Below are positions 35,930-44,841 of a stretch of 64,000 nucleotides of DNA, piece after piece. Source of the stretch: Escherichia phage moskry. Numbering within the stretch: position 1 is the stretch's first letter; the number at the start of each line of letters is the position of its first letter. The position numbers and the translations under genes were made by a program. The notes below the pieces were generated by a model, which did not search any database, had not been told where the DNA came from, and saw nothing but the letters and a program-made list of their open reading frames with translations. Where the stretch lies: sequence record MN850651.1; one strand, 5' to 3'.

Positions 35930-37104
35930 TCCGGGTACCTCAAAGCGTCGTCAGAGTTAGTTATATCAATAATAGATATAGAATTTTCTGATAACCCATT
36001 TTTAGATAACTGGCGTTTATAATATCTTTCACAATATGTACACGTCGTCCCGCAGATTTCATTAGCACAATCGAAATCTGGATGTCTGAACCACCTTTTT
36101 TCTAAAAAGCCGTCTAACAAAGAGGTTTCAATATTTACCGTATGTGAAAACTCGGTCTCATTTTCAAGAGTGAAAATGGTCTCTAAAGGCTTCCACAATT
36201 CCAACAAATTACCTTCAAACTTTTCAGAAGCATAAGCTTCAAGAACTTTCAAAATGTAGTCGGTGCTACCTGTACGTCCCGAAACTTTAAATTGAGTGAT
36301 ACCAATATCGTTATAAAGTTTCAAATCTTGGGGACGAACAAAACGAGTTCTCAACCAGTTAAATGGGTCTGTATCACGAGCTTTAATACAGTGCTGCATA
36401 GGATATCCGTTTAAGGATTTAGCATCATCAGCCGTAACATCAGTACTATGGAAAATATAGCAAGAGTCACGATAGCTACAATGTGTTGTATACCCTTTAC
36501 CAGCATTAGAACAGAACTCATTTACAAGAACTTCAAATATTATATTGTTCTTATTGCAAAACTCTGCTGCACGCTTCAGGAAAGAAACTGAACGGTTCTT
36601 ATGAATTCCACAGCAGACCTTTTTGATATTATATTGGTCATGCAAGTATTTGATTTGAGTTACAGCATCGACATGTAGAATTGTTGAAACTTCAATCTCA
36701 ATGTCTTTATTGACTTCACGAACAATTTCCATAACAACAGGGTTAGCGATAGTAATACGCCATACGCCTATTGACCAAAGATACTGAACATAATCCTGAA
36801 TAGCTTTCTTCTTCCACTCAACTAGTTCTCTTTTTGAACCAGGATTTATCGTGTTGAGTGTATAGTTAAAGCAAATACCTAATTCGTTACAACGTTTAAC
36901 GTAGTCTTCTAACATCTTTTTGTCAACGTCAGGAAGCCTAAAATCAGGTCTGGCTGCTACAAAAGCCATTTCTCTTGTAGAGCCGTATACTTCGTTTATC
37001 AAGCTATTAGGATAAGTTTTATTGAGCTCTACGATTTTATCAAGAAGAGCTAAATCAAAATTCGTTCCGATTTTAAAAGTATTCATTTTTTTTTTGCATC
37101 TCAC
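35926..37104 (-). CDS. Cys-rich protein of unknown function (392 aa); candidate metal-dependent enzyme/transferase
   Basis: ORF track; Cys clusters (..EFCSNAGKGYTTHCSYRDSCY.. and C-terminal ..CANEICGTTCTYC..); part of the sugar module. Confidence 0.5.
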   Translation of the reverse strand: MRCKKKMNTFKIGTNFDLALLDKIVELNKTYPNSLINEVYGSTREMAFVAARPDFRLPDVDKKMLEDYVKRCNELGICFNYTLNTINPGSKRELVEWKKKAIQDYVQYLWSIGVWRITIANPVVMEIVREVNKDIEIEVSTILHVDAVTQIKYLHDQYNIKKVCCGIHKNRSVSFLKRAAEFCNKNNIIFEVLVNEFCSNAGKGYTTHCSYRDSCYIFHSTDVTADDAKSLNGYPMQHCIKARDTDPFNWLRTRFVRPQDLKLYNDIGITQFKVSGRTGSTDYILKVLEAYASEKFEGNLLELWKPLETIFTLENETEFSHTVNIETSLLDGFLEKRWFRHPDFDCANEICGTTCTYCERYYKRQLSKNGLSENSISIIDITNSDDALRYPE

Positions 37105-37145
37105 GTTAATTGATGCGATGGTTTTTGCAGGTCTTACTTAAATTA

Positions 37146-37547
37146 TTATAGATTAGGTTTATATGATTTAAATGTTTCGAATTCGCCTTTATTCATAAGA
37201 GCTTTGAATTCGTCAGGACGCATAGCTTTGTCGTCGATAATCCAATCATATACTGGTTTATGTGTTAGCAAATTATGGTACTTCAAGCCAATGTTTGCTA
37301 AGTTCTGAATCAGACTTGGGAGAATGTCAATTGCTATACGACCAGGACCTACTGACTTCATACCGCGAGCAGTGTAAAGCGTTATGGTATGCCCTGCATC
37401 ATACAGGGCATTAATGGCAGACACCATTTCGACGTCTGGTTTGAAGTTCACGTAATCACGATTGTTATTCCACTCTGTTATACAATCATCGACATCAAAA
37501 CAAAGATTAAGCATGTTTTCTACACGGTGCATTAGATTCGTTCCCAT
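37146..37547 (-). CDS. HAD-superfamily phosphatase (small, cap-less)
   Basis: 133 aa; motif I ..LCFDVDDCIT.., motif II ..TLYTARG.., motif IV ..WIIDDK.. Confidence 0.55.
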   Translation of the reverse strand: MGTNLMHRVENMLNLCFDVDDCITEWNNNRDYVNFKPDVEMVSAINALYDAGHTITLYTARGMKSVGPGRIAIDILPSLIQNLANIGLKYHNLLTHKPVYDWIIDDKAMRPDEFKALMNKGEFETFKSYKPNL

Positions 37548-39217
37548 TGATGAGTGATATCGCCACCAATTGGGCGATAAGAAACACCAGTTTCTTTATC
37601 AGTTAGTACCCATTTACCAGGATTTTTTGTAATCAGAGTAGCCGTTACAGGTTCTGCTACGTCATAACTAATAGAGCCGTCTTGAAGTACACGGCCCATG
37701 TTACGTAATTGCTTAGTCAGAAGTTCCATACCTTTATAATATGCAGCTACCGCTTTAAGTGGATTATTCTTGAAATAACCACCTAATGCAATCCAGATAA
37801 TTGCCACTGCCAAATGATGATACTCGTTAAACGAACTCATCTTTCCATATTTGTAAACTAATGGATTGATGTTAATAGTCACATTACAAGTTGTTTCATC
37901 AATAGTAAACTGTCCCCAGGTCGGATTAGCGTTGAATTCATCATAACCTGAAACAGCATAAAGCACTTTAGCTTCATCGTACAATTTTGGCCCGTAAATC
38001 TTGGTTTCCCCAAAATATCCACGAGGGTCGATAAACTTGACTTCGCCGTTATCAGTAATCATAGTATTACTGAAGTTCGGGTCACCATGAATAACAGAGT
38101 ACTGTCCCTGAGAACGGTTATGATAACGAATAAGGTGTTCTAAAGCTTGTTTCAGCATTGGCTTCAGACGCCCAATCTTAGTGTAGTTCACATGGGTGAT
38201 TTTACCAAATGAATCAATCAATGGTTGAATGCTTTCACAACGATCAATAACTTTCGTATAGAATTCTTTAGTGAAATCACGGCGAACAGTTTCAGGACTT
38301 ACAAAATAAGTGTCTGTGCTGAATTTCAGTGCATCTAAAATTGCATCAACAATTTGTGGACGAGCAAGACTTGATTTGGATTTAATATATTCAAATGCCG
38401 GCTTACCTTTAATGCGTTCCATTTCAAAGTTATTTTCATTAACAGAAACTAACTGAGGAACTGAATCTGATTTCACTTTAAGATACCATGAAATCTCATC
38501 TTTCTGAAGAGCTCGACCCTGTTCGGTTAATGCGAATTTAGTTACAGTTTCTTCACCAATTTCAACTGCATTAAAACTACGATTAAGTTCACGAACTTCA
38601 TGAGCTTTTTCAAGTTTAGGCATATCACCTAAATCAATTAGATTCATAAGCTCTGATTTATTGAATGCGCTGCCGTAAAGGAATTCTACGAAATCGCGTC
38701 CTTTGCAGTATTCATGAATTTCCTCATCGGTAGAACCCATATAGAATTCCCAGTCTTTGAACTGATAAATTCCTACAACATTACCACCTGTTGAACCTAC
38801 GTTAGTGATATTTTCACCGTCGAAATTATATCGACATTCGTCACCCTTAACATAGATTGCGTTAACATTCCAAGACCATGAACCAAAATCGGGAATAATA
38901 TCACACCAGTTAACAATTACATTATGGCCGTCTAAATCTTTGTGTAATTTAGCAAGAGCATAAGCAGAACCGTACGCTTCATCAACTGTACGAATAGTCA
39001 CATTGAACCCTTCTTGCTCACAATAAGCTCGAACAGTTTCAGCAAATTTTGAATGAACTACTACAATAATTTCATCTGCGCCAAGGTCAGAATAAATTGT
39101 ATACAAATTGCTCAGAATAGTGTCTTGTTTATAGTTAACAAGCACCTTAGGAATATGATGCGTTATTGGATATAAACGAGTCGCCAGTCCAGCACCAAGA
39201 ATAACAGCTTTTTTCAT
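37532..39217 (-). CDS. bifunctional sugar-1-phosphate nucleotidyltransferase (N) / APH-choline-kinase-like anomeric sugar kinase (C)
   Basis: 561 aa; N-terminus MKKAVILGAGLATRLYPITHHIPKVLV (G-x-G-x-R-L-x-P-x-T..PK-x-L nucleotidyltransferase signature); C-terminal ..VIHGDPNFSNTMIT..VKFIDPRGYFG.. (H-G-D-x-x-x-N and I-D-x-x kinase motifs). Confidence 0.7.
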   Translation of the reverse strand: MKKAVILGAGLATRLYPITHHIPKVLVNYKQDTILSNLYTIYSDLGADEIIVVVHSKFAETVRAYCEQEGFNVTIRTVDEAYGSAYALAKLHKDLDGHNVIVNWCDIIPDFGSWSWNVNAIYVKGDECRYNFDGENITNVGSTGGNVVGIYQFKDWEFYMGSTDEEIHEYCKGRDFVEFLYGSAFNKSELMNLIDLGDMPKLEKAHEVRELNRSFNAVEIGEETVTKFALTEQGRALQKDEISWYLKVKSDSVPQLVSVNENNFEMERIKGKPAFEYIKSKSSLARPQIVDAILDALKFSTDTYFVSPETVRRDFTKEFYTKVIDRCESIQPLIDSFGKITHVNYTKIGRLKPMLKQALEHLIRYHNRSQGQYSVIHGDPNFSNTMITDNGEVKFIDPRGYFGETKIYGPKLYDEAKVLYAVSGYDEFNANPTWGQFTIDETTCNVTININPLVYKYGKMSSFNEYHHLAVAIIWIALGGYFKNNPLKAVAAYYKGMELLTKQLRNMGRVLQDGSISYDVAEPVTATLITKNPGKWVLTDKETGVSYRPIGGDITHQWERI

Positions 39218-39245
39218 GTTGAAGTCCTCATTGGTAAGTAGGAGT

Positions 39246-39270
39246 ATTGTACACTATTCTAGTTAAAGCA
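39246..39270 (-). promoter_or_regulatory. candidate MotA-dependent middle promoter (MotA box TGCTTTA, 12 nt, -10 TACAAT) upstream of the nucleotidyltransferase/kinase gene
   Basis: Read on - strand: GAATGCTTTAAC..TACAAT about 30 nt upstream of the ATG. Confidence 0.4.
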
Positions 39271-39398
39271 TTCATACTTTGCTTGTAGTCCAATCATAAT
39301 CCATCCAATTACAAGTGTTGGAATCATTACTGGAGCCGTTAAGCTCCAGTAGATAGTCATGACAAGCATCAATAGTAAAAGTCCTATTGTTATTGCTT

Positions 39399-40034
39399 TC
39401 ATTGTTCGCCTCGTAACATGGCACCTAGTGCACCGCCTGGATGGAACTTAAGGAAGTCATTAGAGGTAAATCCACGCTCAGACGAAAGGTTGATAGCGAA
39501 CGTATCGATAAGCGCTAACAACAATGTAGTGGACATAGTCGGAGCTAAAGAGTTCTCGTCAACTTCTACCGCGATACCGGTACAGAACGTATAATCAAAA
39601 AGAGCTTCGTATTCTTGTGGAATGTCAGGGTTACAATGCAACAGAATCTGTTTGACGTTCGGGCGAATCATTTTAAGATGCTTAGCCACGCCTATCATTT
39701 CTTCAGTTTTACCAGAACGACTAATATGAATCAACACATCATTAGGCGCAATGAATCCTGCATCACCGTGAGAATAATGCCCAGTGTTCAAGTACATACT
39801 AGGGATACCGAGTGAAGCAAATGTCTCAGAAGCTTTAGTTGCAATATTAGCATTCTTACCAACACCTGTAATAATTACTCGGCTTTCATAATTACTAAGT
39901 CCCGGGCGTCGAAGAGTTTCTAGAATAGCATTATAACGAGCAGGGTTTTGACTAATTACTTTGGCCATAGCGGCCAAAGAAGAAGCTTGTTTTATGATTG
40001 CGTCAATAGCGATAGTAATAGGAGTAGTTTTCAT
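39399..40034 (-). CDS. SIS-domain sugar-phosphate isomerase (arabinose-5-phosphate isomerase-like, no CBS domains)
   Basis: 211 aa; ..ITGVGKNANIATKASETFASLGIPS.., ..HISRSGKTEE.. typical SIS (KpsF/GutQ/KdsD-type) motifs. Confidence 0.65.
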   Translation of the reverse strand: MKTTPITIAIDAIIKQASSLAAMAKVISQNPARYNAILETLRRPGLSNYESRVIITGVGKNANIATKASETFASLGIPSMYLNTGHYSHGDAGFIAPNDVLIHISRSGKTEEMIGVAKHLKMIRPNVKQILLHCNPDIPQEYEALFDYTFCTGIAVEVDENSLAPTMSTTLLLALIDTFAINLSSERGFTSNDFLKFHPGGALGAMLRGEQ

Positions 40035-40074
40035 ATTTCTCTCATTTAATTAGTTTACCGTCCATGTCATTATA

Positions 40075-42786
40075 TCAAAAATCGAACATATCGAACAGAG
40101 ATGCTTTCTTCTCGTAATCGAGTTTCGCCGCTGATGTGAATCCTTCAAGTGGTTTAATAAATGTCTTCTCAAGGAGAACCGTGTAGTCCATCCAATGAAG
40201 TACATCATCTTTGATTAAATCAGTGATTTCAGTACCAGAAGGCCATGCGATACATTTATCACCGAATGGGTTTCCTTCACGTAAAGGCAGAACATATACT
40301 TTTTCACCTTCTACAACTTGTGGTGCATCGATATTACCTTTGATAGCCCGGTTATACGTCAGAATTCCACGAATATGGAACGGGCATTTAGGACCAGGGA
40401 ATCCACCTACATCATATTTAGCAATGTTATTCGCAGAAGATACCGACGCGATGCTAATATAATTCAATTGACGGAATTCTTTTTCAAACTCTTTAAAATA
40501 TTCTTGTAATGATTCTTCACCTTCTTGAAGCATACGACGAATACATTCCTTAAGAGCTTTCTGTACTGCTTTAGGGGTTGAAGATTTCTGTGTTTCGAGA
40601 CCCATGATTTTAAGCTTAGGTTCAGCGTATCTAGTTCCTTCCATATCCCACACGTTTAATGCATAACGTTTCTTACCAGTCCAAAATCCACCAATACCTT
40701 TAGAACCAAGCGGAGGTCCAGCGATAGCTTCTCGGTCCATGAACATCAAATGTTGCTTATTATTCATGTATTCGCACATTTCACGGAAACCTCTATCAAT
40801 AGCAGGTTCCATACGTTCACGAGCGAACTTATCTAAGAAGTCTACCCAATGGTTAGTATCGCGGAATTTAGATTCACCAACCTTATCAATAATTTTATCT
40901 GCAGATACGTAAATGGAGTCTGTATCACCATATAGAACGAAAGCTTCACCTTCTGTACCACAAACTTCATTCAGATATTCATTAACTTTACGTTCAATCC
41001 ACTGTAAAGCCATTTGACCAAATGTTGTGATTGCAGTAGCATTACGCAAATCGTAATAACGGAACCAAACGTTGCCAAGTGCACCATAAAGTGAGTTGAT
41101 AAGCAATTTACGGTTAATTTGGGCAGTCATACCTGCAACTTCAGTACGTTGAGCTCTAAACAACATTTCATTAAGAGATTTAGCAGACAACTTTTTAATC
41201 TTTTCTTTAATCTCATCGCTAAAGTCGAAACGATAATCAACATCTAATGGTTCGTCAACAGAAAGATTAGGATTATGCAACGCCTCTTTAATTATTTCAC
41301 CATTACGTTGAGCCGCAAGCATATAACCTTTATGTTCTTTACGTTGATTAAAGACTTTAGTGATTTCAGTTGGAACTACACCATCACGGTCTTTATAATA
41401 CATCATGCCGTTAGGAGAGCAACTGTACACATCAGAAGGACGTTCAGCAACAGCGTTAATATAATCATGCAATGGAGCTACTTTAAACGTTCCTGCTATT
41501 GTTTCTGGGCTAATATTCACTTGGCGAATAATACTTGGATACAGAGATGTAAGGTCGAAACTCATTACATATTTGTATCGATTTGGAATAGGTTCCTTAA
41601 CAAAAGCGCCAGGATAAGGTTGAACTGGATGCGAACGACCTTGTGGAATCACCTTGTTCTGCTCTTTAAGGCTATTGAAAATAATAGCGTCCCAAGTTTT
41701 AATTGGACTGAACACAGATTGAATCTGAATTTTAGCATAATACCCCATGTCCAAACTCAAGTTAATGAACTGGCGTTTAGCATCAATTTGCAATACACGA
41801 TACACGTCGATAATGTTATAAGAAATATATCGTTGGTGATTGCTTTCACGAAGCTTAGAAATAGGGCCGTCATATTTCAGTTTACCAACGTTCAATTCAA
41901 ATTCTGAAATGTAATCCAGAGAATATGACGGTTGGTTCGTGAAAGAGAACTTTTTGTAAAGGTCAATGTAATCAAGAACAGAGATACCGAACAATGTAAT
42001 GATTTCACGAGAACCATACATGTTTTCGATAACTTTAACACGAGTTTTACGATGTGGTGATAAACGTTTCGCAGTAGATTCGCCAAAAATATTCTTGATT
42101 CGGTTATACACATATGGAATATCAAATGACTCAACGTTCCATCCAGTCAAAATGACAGGAGTTTTCTGTTGCCAGAAGTTGAGATATTCCATCAATAATT
42201 CTTTTTCATTATCAAACGGCATATAAACGATTTTGTCGATAATTTCGGATGGAACTTCATCACCACCTTGTTCTTGAAGCTTAGCTGCAATTTCGATAGA
42301 CCATTCTTCTACATTACCATATGGAGAATTCAATAGATCAAATACGTAGAACCTGTCGTCAATTGAGTCATAATGGGTGATGGCATCAATTGGATGTTTT
42401 GCTTGTGACGGCTCAGGGAACCCATCCGGAGATGTTACTTCGATGTCGAAGTTAGCCACACGAATTTTTGTATGGTCGTATTTGATTTCATAGTTATAAG
42501 TGTCAGACAAATACGCCAATTTGAAATCGTCCATGCCAAGTGCTTCAAGTCCGATATCTTCCATGCGTTTAATCCATTGGGAGGCATCACGCATATTAGC
42601 GAACAACTTACGAGTACACGGCTTACCGTAGATATCGAAATATTTCGTAGCCTGACTTTCTGGACAATGAGCAAACAGTGATGGTTTATATTCTACTTCA
42701 CGAGTACGTTCACGGCCATTAGAATCGATGTAACGTTCAAAAATTGAATCACCAATCTGTTCAACCGTTAAGTAAAATTCTTTCAT
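40075..42786 (-). CDS. 43: DNA polymerase gp43 (family B, RB69-type)
   Basis: 903 aa; N-terminus MKEFYLTVEQIGDSIFERYIDSNGRERTREVEYKPSLFAHCPE.. and exo/pol motifs (..FDIEV.., ..YGDTDS..) match the RB69 polymerase sequence as I remember it. Confidence 0.97.
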   Translation of the reverse strand: MKEFYLTVEQIGDSIFERYIDSNGRERTREVEYKPSLFAHCPESQATKYFDIYGKPCTRKLFANMRDASQWIKRMEDIGLEALGMDDFKLAYLSDTYNYEIKYDHTKIRVANFDIEVTSPDGFPEPSQAKHPIDAITHYDSIDDRFYVFDLLNSPYGNVEEWSIEIAAKLQEQGGDEVPSEIIDKIVYMPFDNEKELLMEYLNFWQQKTPVILTGWNVESFDIPYVYNRIKNIFGESTAKRLSPHRKTRVKVIENMYGSREIITLFGISVLDYIDLYKKFSFTNQPSYSLDYISEFELNVGKLKYDGPISKLRESNHQRYISYNIIDVYRVLQIDAKRQFINLSLDMGYYAKIQIQSVFSPIKTWDAIIFNSLKEQNKVIPQGRSHPVQPYPGAFVKEPIPNRYKYVMSFDLTSLYPSIIRQVNISPETIAGTFKVAPLHDYINAVAERPSDVYSCSPNGMMYYKDRDGVVPTEITKVFNQRKEHKGYMLAAQRNGEIIKEALHNPNLSVDEPLDVDYRFDFSDEIKEKIKKLSAKSLNEMLFRAQRTEVAGMTAQINRKLLINSLYGALGNVWFRYYDLRNATAITTFGQMALQWIERKVNEYLNEVCGTEGEAFVLYGDTDSIYVSADKIIDKVGESKFRDTNHWVDFLDKFARERMEPAIDRGFREMCEYMNNKQHLMFMDREAIAGPPLGSKGIGGFWTGKKRYALNVWDMEGTRYAEPKLKIMGLETQKSSTPKAVQKALKECIRRMLQEGEESLQEYFKEFEKEFRQLNYISIASVSSANNIAKYDVGGFPGPKCPFHIRGILTYNRAIKGNIDAPQVVEGEKVYVLPLREGNPFGDKCIAWPSGTEITDLIKDDVLHWMDYTVLLEKTFIKPLEGFTSAAKLDYEKKASLFDMFDF

Positions 42787-42845
42787 TTAATTTCCTTTAG
42801 ACGAGTTATTGTCTTTTGTTTGTTGATGAACTTATTATACTCCAA

Positions 42846-42863
42846 ATGGGACCGAAGTCCCAT
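42846..42863 (-). terminator. hairpin AUGGGAC-CGAA-GUCCCAU between regA and gene 43 (terminator/RNA-stability element); TATAAT box follows at about 42834-42839
   Basis: Perfect stem read directly; flanks are not strongly U-rich. Confidence 0.4.
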
Positions 42864-42867
42864 TGCT

Positions 42868-43236
42868 TTAATTACCAATTGTATATTTTGCTTTCAAAGT
42901 CCAGTCATCTTTCTGTTTAAAAGAGATAACACGGAAGTTATTAGTTAGGCCAAACAGATCTTCACGAGCAGAGTCTTCAATAACAATCAATCCCCAGTCT
43001 TCAAGCAACTGGGCAATCGAATCACGTCGTTGGTAGTCTTCACCATCAATATCAACTTGACGCCCGTCCATACGCAACATTTCTTTAAAGTGGACGATGT
43101 AATATTTACCTTGCTTTTGGAGGATATGACAGGACTGATAAAGAACTTTATCCTTGTTATTAGCGATGCCCATACGGGTCAGAGTCTCTTTGACTTTAAG
43201 AAAATCTTCGGGGTTCTTCAATTTAATTTCGATCAT
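42868..43236 (-). CDS. regA: translational repressor RegA
   Basis: 122 aa from internal Met MIEIKLKNPEDFLKVKETLTRMGIANNKDKVLYQSCHILQK.. matching T4 RegA; track ORF has a 3-codon extension. Confidence 0.9.
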   Translation of the reverse strand: MIEIKLKNPEDFLKVKETLTRMGIANNKDKVLYQSCHILQKQGKYYIVHFKEMLRMDGRQVDIDGEDYQRRDSIAQLLEDWGLIVIEDSAREDLFGLTNNFRVISFKQKDDWTLKAKYTIGN

Positions 43237-43238
43237 TT

Positions 43239-43802
43239 TTACCATTCCAATGCTAATTTTTTAAATTGTTTTTGTTCTTTCACATTTTTTGTAACTTCTT
43301 TGAGAAACTCATCAGTGACCATGGCCTTCAGTTCTTTAAGGACTATTGGCAGCTTGTTATTTTTTTCAAGGAGCCGCTTATACTCGGTAGCATCATTCAT
43401 GTTGATTGTGTAACGTTTCATCAACAGTTTGATAACTAGTAACTCTGAAGTGTCTTCGACTAGTTTAGCCCATTTAGAGAATCGACGACCATGCGGAATT
43501 GCCGCCATCATATAGTTGAAGTGCGCTTCATCACTTAATTCAGAACCGACTAAGTTCATCATGTAAACGGCTGGCATACATTCCGGGAACTGTGATAATG
43601 AGTTCTCAACCATAAATTTTGAGTAGTCGACCTGAGCAATTGACATAGATTTCTTTTCATTAATAGCATTAATGATTTTAAAGAATTCATTCTCAGGTTT
43701 TTCTTTAAACATGTCAGCACATTTTTGAATCGCATCAGCGTCGTTAGACTTCCATGCGATTTGGTGCTCGTTAAGCTGGACGTCATCATCAAATAAGTTC
43801 AT
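43239..43802 (-). CDS. 62: clamp loader small subunit gp62
   Basis: 187 aa, position and size as T4 gp62. Confidence 0.85.
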   Translation of the reverse strand: MNLFDDDVQLNEHQIAWKSNDADAIQKCADMFKEKPENEFFKIINAINEKKSMSIAQVDYSKFMVENSLSQFPECMPAVYMMNLVGSELSDEAHFNYMMAAIPHGRRFSKWAKLVEDTSELLVIKLLMKRYTINMNDATEYKRLLEKNNKLPIVLKELKAMVTDEFLKEVTKNVKEQKQFKKLALEW

Positions 43803-43803
43803 A

Positions 43804-44766
43804 TTATTTCCAAGTCAGTTCGCAGGTCAGTTGAAGAAGCATATACATAACATGTAATTCAATATTACTTGCTAATCCATGAAACTTATTATTTTCGCCT
43901 GCAATTTCATAAAGCGAAATAATACTTTTACCAGGTGCAACTTGGTCATAACATTCTGAAACTAATTTATCGATGAACCATGAATAATCTGCAGCATATT
44001 TTGGAGCTAATGCACGAAGTTGTTTGATATCTTTGTTCTTCATTGCTTCGATAACATCAGAGACTGTGCCACGGTCATTAGTTACGATAGACAAAATACC
44101 AGCATCAAGAACACCTTTAGACGAGTACTGGTCTAATTGTCCAATTGTACGGCGAAAGTCCGGAAAGTTCTTTTTAACCAGAGCTGCAACAACTTTCATA
44201 TCAGCGATTTCGATATTTTCGTTCTTACAGATTTCAACCATACGATGAATCATTTTCTTCATCATCGAGATTTTATCTTCTTCGGTTGGACGTCCGAATT
44301 CGATAACTCGACAACGACTACGTAATGGTTCAATAATTCCATCGATGTTGTTAGCAGTAATAATAATAGAACAGTTACTAGAGAATTCTTCCATGAATGT
44401 ACGAAGATGGCGTTGTGATTCGGCGAGGCCACTACGGTCAAATTCATCGATAACGATAACTTTCGGCTTGCCTTCCATTGAGACTGAACGAGCAAATGCA
44501 GTTAACGGACCGCGTACAAAATCAATCTTACAATCAGAACCGTTGACGAACATCATTTCAGCATTGATATCATTACATAATGCTTTTGCTACGGTTGTTT
44601 TACCTGTACCAGGAGAAGGAGAGTGCAAAATAATATGAGGAAGTTTTCCTTTAGATACTAAAGACTTGAATGTTTCATGGTCATACGCAGGCAGAATACA
44701 TTCGTCAATGGAAGAAGGACGATATTTCTGTTCTAGAATGTGTTCTTTGGAATTGATAGTAATCAT
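43804..44766 (-). CDS. 44: clamp loader ATPase subunit gp44 (AAA+)
   Basis: 320 aa; Walker A ..[10 protein letters not shown].., Walker B ..VIVIDEFD.., SRC motif ..LRSRC.. Confidence 0.95.
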   Translation of the reverse strand: MITINSKEHILEQKYRPSSIDECILPAYDHETFKSLVSKGKLPHIILHSPSPGTGKTTVAKALCNDINAEMMFVNGSDCKIDFVRGPLTAFARSVSMEGKPKVIVIDEFDRSGLAESQRHLRTFMEEFSSNCSIIITANNIDGIIEPLRSRCRVIEFGRPTEEDKISMMKKMIHRMVEICKNENIEIADMKVVAALVKKNFPDFRRTIGQLDQYSSKGVLDAGILSIVTNDRGTVSDVIEAMKNKDIKQLRALAPKYAADYSWFIDKLVSECYDQVAPGKSIISLYEIAGENNKFHGLASNIELHVMYMLLQLTCELTWK

Positions 44767-44841
44767 GTAATTTTCCTCATTATCATTAAACTGGAGGATT
44801 TCTCCTCCATAATCGTATCACAATAAACGTAAAGCTTTGAC

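Noticed and set aside
35926-37104. Assignment of the 392-aa Cys-rich protein to the U32 peptidase/hydroxylase family or to radical SAM enzymes
   Set aside because: The Cys spacing does not match the U32 signature or CxxxCxxC convincingly; left as unknown pending profile searches.
40075-40110. Direct repeat GTTCGAT x2 and TATAAT-like box at the 3' end of gene 43 as a promoter for the SIS gene
   Set aside because: No convincing -35; the SIS gene may be co-transcribed with gene 43 or use a promoter I cannot define.
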